Origin: a virus
Length of the DNA stretch: 64,000 bases
Direction: 5' to 3' (one strand)
IMG/VR virus record: IMGVR_UViG_3300037840_000227
Span: 1-64,000 of that record
Of this stretch, positions 45,059-54,633 are shown piece by piece; the stretch's first letter is position 1; every line of letters starts with the position of its first letter. The notes beneath the pieces are model-generated. The model was not told the origin of the DNA, made no database searches, and saw only the letters and a list, made by a program, of their open reading frames with translations. A program made the translations under genes and the position numbers.

Positions 45059-46794
45059 AGCGGATCCTCCTCGCCCTTCTCCTGTCTGTCGCCGCCGTGC
45101 CGGCGAGCGCGCAGGATGTCATCAATCGGCTCTTTTCGGTGACGCCCGGCCTTGGCGTCAGCACGGGCATTGATGTCGGCGGCCAGCAGCATGTCGTCAC
45201 CACGCTTCCCTCCGGCCTCACCTATCCATCCCCCCTCGTCACCGGGCAGGGGCTTGATATCGATCCGACGGCGGGGACGCTCAATCAGGGCATCAACATC
45301 CTGCAGGCTCCGGCAGGAACGGCATCCGGGCCGGTTGACCTCAATGTCATCAACATCTCGCCTGATACAACCGTGGCGGGAGCGAACTTTGTCGACGGGC
45401 TGGCGATCATCCTCGGCTTTGGCGGCTCGAGCGTCACCGGCGGCCGGCAGGCGTTGCAGGTCATCACCAGCCTCAATGCGGCGACTGCGCTTGGCAACCC
45501 CAATCAGAACTATGTTGGCCTCGTGGCGGAGGCGCAGTCTCAGGTCAATGACAATGGCACCAACAGCGTCGCGCAAGGGCGTCTCTACGGGTTCAACCCC
45601 ATCTGTCGCATGGCTGCGGCGGCGACGTTCTTCTATATCTGCAATTCGATGGAGGCCGACGTCCAGGTTGAGGCTGGCGCTTCCGTTCTTAATAAATACG
45701 GCTTTACCGTCGCCCAAACCGCTCTTGATGCGGTGCATGGCTCGACAAGCGAGGCGGCGATCTTCATTGGCGATCAGATCGGGGCGGCGGCGCCCTGGAA
45801 CGTCGGGTTCCTCATCGGCGATGGCGTCAATCAGAACCCCATCTCGGCGACAGGCACACTGCTTCTCTTCAAGGGCGCCCCGACGATCGCCAATGTCTTT
45901 GATCTTTCCAATGCGACGATCTCGACTTGCGCGCTGAAACTCGCGGCTGACTGCGCCGTCGGCGGCAATGGCAATCTCCTTGCGCCAACGATCACGGCGA
46001 CAACCCTCATCACCACGCCGGCCCTGACGATCAGCGGCATCACCGGCTCGACGCAGTGCCTCCAGGTGAGCACGCTCGGCGTAGTCTCCGGCACTGGGAC
46101 GGGATGCGGGGGCGGCGGCGGCGGTGGCGGCAACGTCTCTAACTCGGGCACGCCATCGGCGGGTCAGATTGCTCTCTGGGTTACTTCGACGACGATCCAG
46201 GGCGTCGCCAACCTCCCGGTCGCCAATCTCAATGGCGGCACAGGCGCGTCGAACGCCACCTACTGGCGTGGGGATGGAACATGGGCGACGCCGCCAGGCG
46301 GCACGGGCCGCGTTCTCCTCAATACGTTGACAGCTTCGAGCTCGGCGTCCCTCCAGGATACAACAAGCATTACGGGCACATACGCCCATTATGAATTTGA
46401 TTTCCAGAATGTCATTCCGGCTTCGAGCATCAACCAGTTCGAGATGCTCGTTTGCACCTCGACTTGCGGCTCGTTCCAGACATCTGGCTATGCGGGCATT
46501 TTTGGCGATTATGGCAATGGAGGGGCTTCGAGCGGCACCTCGGGCTCGTCTCAGCCGCTCTCCAGCGCCGGCATTACAACCGCATCCAACCTTAGCGGCT
46601 TTGTCCGACTCGATTACCCAGCCACGGCCAACTCACCAATCAGCGGCCAGATCACCGGCGCGATCGTCAGCGGCAATTACTTCTCCACAGCCCCGCAGGG
46701 CTGGTGGAACGGCACAGGAATTACGGGAGTGCAGTTTAAGTTCTCGACAGGCAATATTGCGTCGGGCACAATCAAAATCTATGGATTCAACTAA
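45055..46794 (+). CDS. Tail fibre/spike-like protein with N-terminal signal peptide
   Basis: MKRILLALLLSVAAVPASA|Q; NL.VANLNGGTGAS..TYWRGDGTWATP; C-terminal LL.T.TASSSA...GNIASGTIKIYG. Confidence 0.78.
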   Translation: MKRILLALLLSVAAVPASAQDVINRLFSVTPGLGVSTGIDVGGQQHVVTTLPSGLTYPSPLVTGQGLDIDPTAGTLNQGINILQAPAGTASGPVDLNVINISPDTTVAGANFVDGLAIILGFGGSSVTGGRQALQVITSLNAATALGNPNQNYVGLVAEAQSQVNDNGTNSVAQGRLYGFNPICRMAAAATFFYICNSMEADVQVEAGASVLNKYGFTVAQTALDAVHGSTSEAAIFIGDQIGAAAPWNVGFLIGDGVNQNPISATGTLLLFKGAPTIANVFDLSNATISTCALKLAADCAVGGNGNLLAPTITATTLITTPALTISGITGSTQCLQVSTLGVVSGTGTGCGGGGGGGGNVSNSGTPSAGQIALWVTSTTIQGVANLPVANLNGGTGASNATYWRGDGTWATPPGGTGRVLLNTLTASSSASLQDTTSITGTYAHYEFDFQNVIPASSINQFEMLVCTSTCGSFQTSGYAGIFGDYGNGGASSGTSGSSQPLSSAGITTASNLSGFVRLDYPATANSPISGQITGAIVSGNYFSTAPQGWWNGTGITGVQFKFSTGNIASGTIKIYGFN

Positions 46795-46809
46795 CCACGG
46801 AGGCGAATC

Positions 46810-47214
46810 ATGAAGCATGTCTTGGCGCTGACCTTTTTCCTGTCGCCCGTCGCGGCGCTGGCCCAGCCGGTCGGCAAACCTACCGAGGGGCTCCCGCCAG
46901 CGCCGATCACGCTGAGCGCCCAAGAACTCAATGACATCGTTACGACTCTTCGCCAGAGCGGCCTCTTCGTCCAGCAGGCGGATGGTTCGATGCAGCCCTA
47001 TGTCGGCAACGGCGCGGCGAAGGTGATCCAGTTGCTCGCAACGAAGGAAGCGGCAGCCGCTCATGACCTCGCCGAGGCGACGGCGGCGAAGGCCAAGGAA
47101 GAAGAGAAGAAGGCCGACGGCGAGAAGCCGCCACGGCCGCCCCATCGGCCCGACGGCGCCGAACGCACCGAGCCGCTCCGCGACGGGGAACATCACACTG
47201 AGCCGGCTAAATGA
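46810..47214 (+). CDS. Secreted hypothetical protein (possible fibre chaperone)
   Basis: GGAGG SD; MKHVLALTFFLSPVAALA|Q. Confidence 0.7.
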   Translation: MKHVLALTFFLSPVAALAQPVGKPTEGLPPAPITLSAQELNDIVTTLRQSGLFVQQADGSMQPYVGNGAAKVIQLLATKEAAAAHDLAEATAAKAKEEEKKADGEKPPRPPHRPDGAERTEPLRDGEHHTEPAK

Positions 47215-47537
47215 AGCCGGCGGGGATTGCCGCGGCTTTCCTTATCGCTTCCTACGGGTTCCTTGGCCCGGCCAGCGGGCACGATCGTTGGGATAACGGC
47301 GATCCAGTTCCGAGTTGGGTGAAGACCCGCTGCTGCGGAAAGTCCGATGTCCACCACATTCCGAATGAGGCCATCCGTATCATGGCGGACGGCTATCACA
47401 TCGAAGGCATCAACACTGTCGTTCCGTTTTCCCAAGCGCTTCCGTCGCCAGACGCGACTTACTGGGGTTTCTGGGCGCCCCTCGGAGAACCGAACCCTGC
47501 CATTTTTTGCTTTTTTGCACCTCCTAATGGGATGTAG
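47211..47537 (+). CDS. Secreted Cys-containing hypothetical protein
   Basis: Signal ending ASG|HD; CCGKSD...SPD...FCFF.P. Confidence 0.72.
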   Translation: MKPAGIAAAFLIASYGFLGPASGHDRWDNGDPVPSWVKTRCCGKSDVHHIPNEAIRIMADGYHIEGINTVVPFSQALPSPDATYWGFWAPLGEPNPAIFCFFAPPNGM

Positions 47538-47608
47538 TCGTAGGATCCTTCGATGAAATGGTTTATGCTTCTCGTCATCATTCTTAGCGACGGCCGATAT
47601 CAGTCGGC

Positions 47609-48148
47609 ATGGTTCCGGCCAGCCGCGCTTTTGACGTGAAGGCTGTCGACGCATTCTTGGACGAAAAGGGAAAGCTTCTCCAAGGCGCGCCGCCGACCTG
47701 GATTCCCGGCCGCGATGGCATTGAGTTGATGGCCATTTGGAATATCGAAGACAGCTTAGGCATTGTTCGAGCGCATCTGAGATTTAGGGTTGATCCGCAG
47801 AGCCGGAGCTACCCGAGCGTTTCGCTGATTTTTCGCAACAATCAAGTATGGCGCATTGATCTTGCGGAGCTGACCCTCTGCAAGCCAAATCCGGTATGGG
47901 CAAGGTCTGTCGGCGCGCCAAGCACGGTTTGCGGGTCCCACAGTCACGGGTGGCCCGATAATCGCGAACACATCCTAAGCCAGGAAATGTGGGAGTTGCC
48001 GTGCCGCCAACCGATAGCTCCGCAGATTAGGCGTCTTCCGCATGCCGTTCCCTGGCTGGCCGAACGGATTAACTTGACGTTGAGTCCTGATCAGCGAGAC
48101 TTCGACGTGCCTCCGCAGGCGAGTTTGTTTTGGAACGACCGGTCATGA
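47609..48148 (+). CDS. Hypothetical accessory protein (His-containing, partner of DUF1828-like gene)
   Basis: S.SLI....VWRID...NP...GSH.H.W; ATGA-coupled to next gene. Confidence 0.65.
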   Translation: MVPASRAFDVKAVDAFLDEKGKLLQGAPPTWIPGRDGIELMAIWNIEDSLGIVRAHLRFRVDPQSRSYPSVSLIFRNNQVWRIDLAELTLCKPNPVWARSVGAPSTVCGSHSHGWPDNREHILSQEMWELPCRQPIAPQIRRLPHAVPWLAERINLTLSPDQRDFDVPPQASLFWNDRS

Positions 48149-48648
48149 TCTGTGAGGCTGTCCAGGGCGCGTTAAGCAACTTCGGCTCGTGTGAGGAGTC
48201 GGAGAGCGGAGCCCGCATTCCCACGCATTGCCTTTATCCGTCTTTTGAGACGGTACATGTTCATATCGTGAGGTACGGGGATGGCTTTAAAGTTCACGAT
48301 GGTTCCGGAGCCTTTCGATGTGCGTGGGATCACGGCCGTGACGCACCGATGATTACTCGCTGCCTAAGTCGGGAGGCGTCACGCTACCACATTAGCGTTC
48401 GCGAAGGCTCCCTTGTTGCTGACGCCCCCACTATTGACTGGCTGGGGAGCGCCATCCTATCGGTGTGCAATGCGTCGGCCGCCGCCGCAAATGCGGCCGT
48501 TGCGCATTTCGCGGCCGCGGCCGAATCGGACCTTGCAGACAGAATTAATGAATCGCTCGTGCGAGAATTCACCAAGAAGCGCGTCGCGAGAGAATTTCTG
48601 TCGCGATTGTTCGGTGCGTTCAAGGCAGTGTGGGGATGGGGTTTCTAA
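48145..48648 (+). CDS. DUF1828-like protein, possibly C-terminally truncated
   Basis: I.THCLYPSFE.V.V.I......F.V.DG.GA motif. Confidence 0.55.
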   Translation: MICEAVQGALSNFGSCEESESGARIPTHCLYPSFETVHVHIVRYGDGFKVHDGSGAFRCAWDHGRDAPMITRCLSREASRYHISVREGSLVADAPTIDWLGSAILSVCNASAAAANAAVAHFAAAAESDLADRINESLVREFTKKRVAREFLSRLFGAFKAVWGWGF

Positions 48649-48692
48649 CGACTCCTTGATTTCAGCCGCCTGGCATGGGAAATGTGGCTAAA

Positions 48693-48938
48693 ATGCTACT
48701 GCCAAGGCCCAAAAGGCGCCCTCCAGTTGCAGAATCGTCGTATTTAGTGGAAAAGCTACGCCAGTTGGCTCGGGGACGACCGGCGATGACCCAAGGGCAG
48801 ATTGCAGCGGAACTCGGTGTAGGCATCACCAGTGTTCACCGCTGGGCTAAAAAGCACCACATTCCGACATTGAGCCGGTCTGAGGGACGACTCGTCGCCA
48901 TGGCGCAACGCGCTGGCCGTGTCGGGCGGGGCCCCTAA
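48693..48938 (+). CDS. Small HTH DNA-binding protein
   Basis: MTQGQIAAELGVGITSVHRWAKKH. Confidence 0.7.
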   Translation: MLLPRPKRRPPVAESSYLVEKLRQLARGRPAMTQGQIAAELGVGITSVHRWAKKHHIPTLSRSEGRLVAMAQRAGRVGRGP

Positions 48939-50194
48939 TGGGCGCCGCGCCTCTCACGCCGCAGCAAATGGCTGCGACGCGCGAGGCCATTTCCAAAAGT
49001 TTGCGTCCGGACGGCTCCGTTAACGCAACGGAGGCCTCCAGGCTCCTCGGAATCACGCGCTCTGCGCTGCATCTTAGAATGCAGCGTCTCGACGAATACG
49101 ATGAGCGCTTGCGGAAGGCCGAGCATGGCGAGCTAGGCTTCGACGCGGTGCTGCCCGGCTACACGATCAAGTCGACATCCAGCGATGGCGAGAAGACTTG
49201 GGTTAAGCAGGTCAAGGAGCACGGCGGCCAGTTCGCCACTCCAACCGAGCATACCGTCAAGGGCGTCTCGGCATTGATCGACGCACAGGGCCGCGTCATT
49301 CAGCAATGGGTCAAGACGCGGCAGGGGGCGGTTGACCCGGCTGAATTAGCCCGCGGCTTAGAGGCGTCATTTGCTGACTTCGAGCCTAGCGCTGCGCCCA
49401 AACCGCCGCCGGAGGGGGACCTAGCGGATCAGCTTGCAGTCTTTCCTTGGGCAGACCCGCACCTCGGGCTCCTGGTGTGGGGGGAAGAGGCGGCGATCGA
49501 CTGGGACCTGAATACAGCCGTGAAGGTGATGAACGATGCTTTCTCGAAGGTGATTGCGCGGACGCCCGCGACAGCCAAGGCAATATTGCTCGTGGGCGGC
49601 GATACGATGCATGCCGACTCAAACGAAAATCGCACGCCTCAGAGCGGACATGCCCTTCAGGTTGACGGCCGGTTCCCCAAGGTCATGCAAATCACCTGTG
49701 AGACGATCGTCCGGAATGCTGATTTGCTTCTCTCGCACCACGGCGAGGTCGAGATTATCGTTGTCCCCGGCAACCATGACGAAATGAGCGCCTATGCGAT
49801 CGCCTACTTCCTCAACGCCTGGTATCGCAATGAGCCTCGCATGCGGGTGGACACCTCGCCCTCTCTCTTCCGGTTCAGGGAATTTGGGCGTGTGATGATC
49901 GCCACTACGCATGGGCACGCCGCGAAGATAAAGAACATGCCGGCGATCATGGCGGCGCGCGAGCCAGAGATGTGGGGACGCACCCAGCACCGCTATTGCC
50001 TCGGATTCCACATCCACCACCAGCAGAAGACAGTCTCCGAAGGCGGCGGCTGCATCACTGAGACGTTCCAGATCATCGCGCCCCAGGATGCTTGGCACTT
50101 TAACCAGGGCTACCTCTCCGGGCGCTCGCTTCAATCCATCGTCTATGACAGAGAACACGGAGAGGTCGGCCGCACCCGAGTCGCAGTCCTATAG
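48938..50194 (+). CDS. HTH + calcineurin-like metallophosphoesterase
   Basis: D.HLG, GGD.MH.D, GNHD, THGH, FHIHH motifs. Confidence 0.85.
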   Translation: MGAAPLTPQQMAATREAISKSLRPDGSVNATEASRLLGITRSALHLRMQRLDEYDERLRKAEHGELGFDAVLPGYTIKSTSSDGEKTWVKQVKEHGGQFATPTEHTVKGVSALIDAQGRVIQQWVKTRQGAVDPAELARGLEASFADFEPSAAPKPPPEGDLADQLAVFPWADPHLGLLVWGEEAAIDWDLNTAVKVMNDAFSKVIARTPATAKAILLVGGDTMHADSNENRTPQSGHALQVDGRFPKVMQITCETIVRNADLLLSHHGEVEIIVVPGNHDEMSAYAIAYFLNAWYRNEPRMRVDTSPSLFRFREFGRVMIATTHGHAAKIKNMPAIMAAREPEMWGRTQHRYCLGFHIHHQQKTVSEGGGCITETFQIIAPQDAWHFNQGYLSGRSLQSIVYDREHGEVGRTRVAVL

Positions 50195-50202
50195 GAGCAA
50201 CC

Positions 50203-50733
50203 ATGGCGCGAGTTGGAGATTGGATTCAAACCTTCACAGGCAAGCAGTTTTGGCCGCTCGATCCCCGGCCGGATGAAATCTGCATTGAGGATATTGCCCA
50301 CGCCTTATCAATGCAGTGTCGATATTCGGGGCACTCGAAAAAGTTCTACTCGGTGTGCGAGCACAGCGTCCACGTAAGTTTCACCTGCGATCCGGCGGAC
50401 GCCTTCTGGGGGCTCCTTCACGACGCCTCCGAGGCTTATATCGTCGACATTCCCCGGCCGATAAAGCCCTACCTGACGAATTACGAAAAGCTTGAGGCCT
50501 TGGTGATGGCGGCCGTATGCGAGAAGTTTGATTTGCCGAAGGAAATGCCCGCTAGTGTGAAGACGGCGGACTTCGGGATGCTCACCTCGGAAATGGAGCA
50601 ACTCATGGCGCCGCCGGCAGCCGACTGGCATATTGACCTCAATGCGCCGCGCGTGAGGCTATTCTGCTGGGATCCTGACACGGCTCGGCGCATGTTCTTG
50701 CACCGCTTCAATCAACTGGCCTTTGGGGGATGA
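50203..50733 (+). CDS. HD-domain 5'-deoxynucleotidase (YfbR-like)
   Basis: DIAHALS..CRY.GH...FYSV.EHS...LLHDASEAY..DIP.P.K. Confidence 0.88.
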   Translation: MARVGDWIQTFTGKQFWPLDPRPDEICIEDIAHALSMQCRYSGHSKKFYSVCEHSVHVSFTCDPADAFWGLLHDASEAYIVDIPRPIKPYLTNYEKLEALVMAAVCEKFDLPKEMPASVKTADFGMLTSEMEQLMAPPAADWHIDLNAPRVRLFCWDPDTARRMFLHRFNQLAFGG

Positions 50734-51038
50734 CGATGGCCAAGCGCCTCAACCGACGCGAGCTGGCCGAGCACGTCGGTCAGCTTATCGCCTCGGAGCG
50801 GAATGCGACGCATGGCGATCCGCATATCCAGTTCGCCTGCCAGCGGGCGCTTATGGAGGTTCTCGAGCGCCATCCCTCCTTCGCCGAGCTGGGCCCCACC
50901 GAGCGCCACGCAATGGAGATGATCACGACGAAGATCTCGAGGATCGCGTGCGGAGCCAATATCCAGGACACATGGGTTGATATCAGCGGCTATGCCCTGA
51001 TCGCGGCCGAAGTTGCGGAGAAGCCGCTCACCAAATGA
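50730..51038 (+). CDS. DUF6378-like protein
   Basis: ER..THG.P...K.SRI......D.W.DI.GY. Confidence 0.75.
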   Translation: MTMAKRLNRRELAEHVGQLIASERNATHGDPHIQFACQRALMEVLERHPSFAELGPTERHAMEMITTKISRIACGANIQDTWVDISGYALIAAEVAEKPLTK

Positions 51039-51050
51039 GGGGATACGGAC

Positions 51051-51626
51051 TTGACGCATCTCAACTATGTGCGAAACACCTCCGGGTTGCCCGCAACGAT
51101 TGAGCAGGCGAAATTGATGGGAACTACCCAGTATTTCACGGGTATCCCATGCGCCCGAGGGCACATAGCGCCCAGAACATTAAGTAGCCGTGGATGTGTG
51201 GAGTGTGTTCGTCTCCACCGCTTAAAATATTTGTCTGTTCCTGAGAACAGGGAGAAGCTTAGAGCCACTCGCAATAGGAAATGCGAACGGGAGACATTCG
51301 CCAAACGGAAACGAAATCTTAAGACGTGGGCATGGACTATAATTACTAATCTGCGCTCGCGCGCGAAACAAAAGGGTCTTGAGTGCTCTATCCTTCCGAG
51401 CGACATCTTCGTTCCGACTGTGTGTCCTGTCCTTGGCATTCCTCTTATGGCGGGTGCAGAATCTCCTAAGGCCAACTGGCCTTCAGTAGACCGCGTAGAT
51501 AATGCCTGCGGCTATGTGAAGGGGAATATCCGGGTGATCAGCGCACGCGCAAACCACTTAAAAAGCGACGCAACTGTCGAAGAGATAAGGAGCCTTCTTG
51601 CCTATATGGAGGGAAGGCTATTTTGA
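51051..51626 (+). CDS. HNH-type homing endonuclease
   Basis: YFTG.PC.RGH...R.....C..C; CPVLG..L...SVDR.DN..GY.KGNI.VIS.RAN..K. Confidence 0.8.
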   Translation: MTHLNYVRNTSGLPATIEQAKLMGTTQYFTGIPCARGHIAPRTLSSRGCVECVRLHRLKYLSVPENREKLRATRNRKCERETFAKRKRNLKTWAWTIITNLRSRAKQKGLECSILPSDIFVPTVCPVLGIPLMAGAESPKANWPSVDRVDNACGYVKGNIRVISARANHLKSDATVEEIRSLLAYMEGRLF

Positions 51627-52090
51627 CTACAATTGCCGTCAGAAAAGGAGCGCTTGCCACCGACAGCCGAGTCACGTCCGAGGACGGCCTTTCGCCTGAG
51701 ACGACGAAGAAGGCCTGGATCAGCCAGAAGCATAAGGCGATCTTCGCCTGTGCGGGAGATCTGGCGAACGTCAACGCCGCCGCGAAAATGGTTGAGGCTA
51801 AAAGGAAATTGCCATGGGACGCGCCGACTGCTTGGGCGCACCGCGACATGCCGGACCTCGATGATTCGATCATCATTGTCCTGCGCAAGGATGGCCGCAT
51901 GTTCGTCATAGAGGCGCAAGGCTGGTATGAGTCGGAGAGTCCGTTCTATGCCGTCGGCTCCGGCGCGATGGCGGCGCTAGCGGCGATGAAAATGGGCGCT
52001 AGCGCGCAGCGGGCGGTCAAGATCGCGATCGAGCTCGATCATATGTCGGGGCCTCCCGTGGTAGTCTTCAAAACCTCGGATATTCGCTAA
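51623..52090 (+). CDS. Ntn-hydrolase (proteasome/HslV-like) protein
   Basis: MTTIA....LATDS; GSG...ALAAM..GA.A..AV.IA..LD..SG. Confidence 0.8.
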   Translation: MTTIAVRKGALATDSRVTSEDGLSPETTKKAWISQKHKAIFACAGDLANVNAAAKMVEAKRKLPWDAPTAWAHRDMPDLDDSIIIVLRKDGRMFVIEAQGWYESESPFYAVGSGAMAALAAMKMGASAQRAVKIAIELDHMSGPPVVVFKTSDIR

Positions 52091-52155
52091 TCGACAATTC
52101 GCCGTGCGCAAGCCCCTGATTGGGACTATGCTGGGGGAGACAAAGCGGGGATCTC

Positions 52156-52521
52156 ATGAGAGCGCTTATCGCTTCCCTCCTTCTCTTCGCCGCCCCGACA
52201 GTGGCCGGCGCCGTCTCTTGCGAGCAGGACGCGGCGCCTATCAAGGCTGCGATTACGGACAAGGGCGGACGCTGGATCGAACTCAATCACGATCAGCGGA
52301 TGTTTGTCGCCGCCTATTATATCCTCTCGCCCGCCACACCCTCCAACGCGCCGCTGGGGGACAAGACTGTCCTTGCCAAGTTGCCGGGCGATAAGGGAGG
52401 CCTTTTAATTTGGCTGGACGGCGACAAGGCCTGCGTGGCGCTCCCGATCCCAGACGAGCTCCTTACCCTCATGGACGATGTGACAAGCGGCGAGGTCCAT
52501 CACGTAGGAAGCGGTTCGTGA
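52156..52521 (+). CDS. Secreted hypothetical protein
   Basis: MRALIASLLLFAAPTVAG signal; two Cys. Confidence 0.7.
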   Translation: MRALIASLLLFAAPTVAGAVSCEQDAAPIKAAITDKGGRWIELNHDQRMFVAAYYILSPATPSNAPLGDKTVLAKLPGDKGGLLIWLDGDKACVALPIPDELLTLMDDVTSGEVHHVGSGS

Positions 52522-52530
52522 GGGCTCCCG

Positions 52531-53595
52531 ATGGGCGACTGGCTCGGGTTTGATCCAACTCCCTACACACCAGATGAATGGATCGCGCATGTCGCGTCGC
52601 TTGATCTATCGAAGATGCTATGGAAGCCGAGCAAAATTGTTCTTCACGCCACCGGGCTACCGACATTATCGCAATGGGTTGAGCTGGGGCCGGCTCATGA
52701 CGCGCGGCTACGCAACCTCGAAGCGCTTTATCAAGGCATGGGCTGGAAACATGGCCCCCATGCGTTTGTTTCACGCTCGCATATCAACGGGTTCTCGACT
52801 CTCTATGATCGCGGTACGCACGATTCCTGCGAAAACGCCGTCGCCTTCGGGATAGAGCAGGCTGGCAACTACAATATCGGCTACGACGCCTACCTGACCG
52901 GCGACGGCGCGCTTGTCCGCACAAACGCGATCTTGTGCGTATCGACTTTGGCGTTGAGATTCCATGTCGCAGAAGTCGATATCATCCCCCACTCGGCTTG
53001 CCGGGCCGACGGTCATTTCAATTGTCCGGGCAATGAAAACGACATGGGCCTCTTCGTGCGTGACGTGCGCGCCAAGATGGTTGATCTGCTGAACCACCCG
53101 GCGACCGGATCCTCCTTTTCCCTGCCGCCATGGCCGGCGCCCGGCGATCCCTTCTTCGCCCTCGGCGCGCGGGTGTGGAACAAGTGGCTATCGCTTGCCT
53201 ATGACGTCCCAGCGGTTGCCGCCCTGACCGGGCGCGGCGAAGGTGAATGCTCGTTGAATGTCAAACTCCGCGGCGACAGCGGAACGGCTGGAGGGCTCTA
53301 TCAGTGGCATAAGCCGCGCCGCGACTTGATTCTCGCCGGTTGCGGGATCGATGTCTGGGCGGAACCGGACATAGAGAAGCATGTCGCGGCCGCGCACTGG
53401 GAATTGCATAATAGCGAGCGTGTCGCGCTCGAAAAGATCGAGGCGGCGACAACGATTGCCGATGCGGGCGCGGCCGTCGCGGTCTTCTATTGCCGCGCCG
53501 GCGCGCCGCTGGCTGCCCAAAAGACAGGCGCCTATGCCCAGCGGTGGGCGACACTGTTTCAAAATGATCCAAGCCTTCTTCAGGTTTCGCCCTAA
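52531..53595 (+). CDS. Endolysin: N-acetylmuramoyl-L-alanine amidase + lysozyme-like domain
   Basis: IVLH.T..P...GPHAF...GIE...H.....H..CPG (amidase_2); GD.G.A.GL.QWH..R (tail-lysozyme-like). Confidence 0.82.
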   Translation: MGDWLGFDPTPYTPDEWIAHVASLDLSKMLWKPSKIVLHATGLPTLSQWVELGPAHDARLRNLEALYQGMGWKHGPHAFVSRSHINGFSTLYDRGTHDSCENAVAFGIEQAGNYNIGYDAYLTGDGALVRTNAILCVSTLALRFHVAEVDIIPHSACRADGHFNCPGNENDMGLFVRDVRAKMVDLLNHPATGSSFSLPPWPAPGDPFFALGARVWNKWLSLAYDVPAVAALTGRGEGECSLNVKLRGDSGTAGGLYQWHKPRRDLILAGCGIDVWAEPDIEKHVAAAHWELHNSERVALEKIEAATTIADAGAAVAVFYCRAGAPLAAQKTGAYAQRWATLFQNDPSLLQVSP

Positions 53596-53708
53596 TGGAC
53601 AGCGGCGACTGCGCCTTTTGGGCCGGCGTCGTTTTGTGTATAGCCGTTGGATGGATTGTCATCGGCTTAGCCTTCGAATCAGTTATGAGATGGAGAGGAA
53701 GGGAATAG
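53595..53708 (+). CDS. Small single-TM protein
   Basis: TAATG-coupled to endolysin; 37 aa with one hydrophobic helix. Confidence 0.45.
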   Translation: MDSGDCAFWAGVVLCIAVGWIVIGLAFESVMRWRGRE

Positions 53709-53712
53709 GCGC

Positions 53713-54057
53713 ATGAAATTCGAGCTCGATCCGAAGACTGTCCAGTATATCTGCGCTACATTTGCCCTGATCGGGCTTCTCGCGACTGCGTCGCCCTCCA
53801 TGTTTCCGTCCTATCTGCCGGCCGGTGTCGTCGCCGATGTCATCCAGACCGCCGGCTTCTTGACTTTCCTGTGGAACGGCTTCAACGCGATCACTCATGG
53901 GTTCTCGTCCTCGAGGCCTGGCCCGTGGGCGCCGCAGGATCCCCCTGTCGTCGTCGAGGCGCAGAAAGTCGCCGATCTTCCCCCGACAGCCGGCCCGGTG
54001 CTGATCGCCGACACCAAGGCCGCGGCGACACAGGCCGTCCTTAACCACCAACCCTGA
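53713..54057 (+). CDS. Putative holin (two TM segments)
   Basis: Two hydrophobic segments, SS.PGP motif, adjacent to endolysin. Confidence 0.55.
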   Translation: MKFELDPKTVQYICATFALIGLLATASPSMFPSYLPAGVVADVIQTAGFLTFLWNGFNAITHGFSSSRPGPWAPQDPPVVVEAQKVADLPPTAGPVLIADTKAAATQAVLNHQP

Positions 54058-54068
54058 AGGAGAAGCAA

Positions 54069-54413
54069 ATGAGAAAGATCGCCATCTTCGCCCTCGCGGC
54101 GTCGCTGTTCACCTCGGCTTGCGCGAGTTCGCAGATTTCGCAGACCGAGCAGGCCATTATCACCGATGTCCAGGCCATCACGGTTCCTCTGTGCGGGTTC
54201 CTGCCGGCCGCTGCGTCGATCGGCTCCATCTTCCTCGCCGGGGACCCGGCGCTTGCGACGGCCGAGCAGATCGCCAATGCCGTCTGCGCCGCAGTGAACG
54301 GGACAGCGCCTCCGGCGGCGGCCCGAGCAATGCGCAAGCGCGGCAATGGCCTCCCGGCGATCATCGTGAATGGGCGCCCAGTGGTGGTTAACGGCTCCTA
54401 CGTCACGCACTAA
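54069..54413 (+). CDS. Lipoprotein (possible spanin component)
   Basis: MRKIAIFALAASLFTSA|C lipobox-like; lysis region. Confidence 0.6.
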   Translation: MRKIAIFALAASLFTSACASSQISQTEQAIITDVQAITVPLCGFLPAAASIGSIFLAGDPALATAEQIANAVCAAVNGTAPPAAARAMRKRGNGLPAIIVNGRPVVVNGSYVTH

Positions 54414-54426
54414 GGGAGCGGCGCCC

Positions 54427-54624
54427 ATGTTCATCCTTTACTTTCTGATGGACCTGGGCGCCATCATCCTTGGCGTCATCGTGACGGTTGCTCTCTTCGG
54501 CGCCGACGTTATGTGGGCTGGCGATTCGCCGGGTACGGCGCCGTGGTGGATATGGGCCGTCACCGCCATAGGGCCGCTCATGACGATTGCCGGTATCGTG
54601 GGACTTGTGAGGCTTTTCCTCTAG
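54427..54624 (+). CDS. Small two-TM membrane protein
   Basis: GGGAG SD; two hydrophobic helices. Confidence 0.6.
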   Translation: MFILYFLMDLGAIILGVIVTVALFGADVMWAGDSPGTAPWWIWAVTAIGPLMTIAGIVGLVRLFL

Positions 54625-54633
54625 GAGATTCGG

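Noticed and set aside
36428-46389. Long antisense ORFs (36428-37723, 41622-42854, 44998-46389)
   Set aside because: Shadow frames of high-GC coding sequence with no recognisable motifs
44438-47537. Diversity-generating retroelement, as in BPP-1-like phages
   Set aside because: No reverse transcriptase and no TR/VR repeat pair seen in this window
50203-51038. Z-genome (2-aminoadenine) pathway suggested by the HD hydrolase
   Set aside because: No PurZ/adenylosuccinate-synthetase-like gene in the window; the HD protein fits the common YfbR-like phage family
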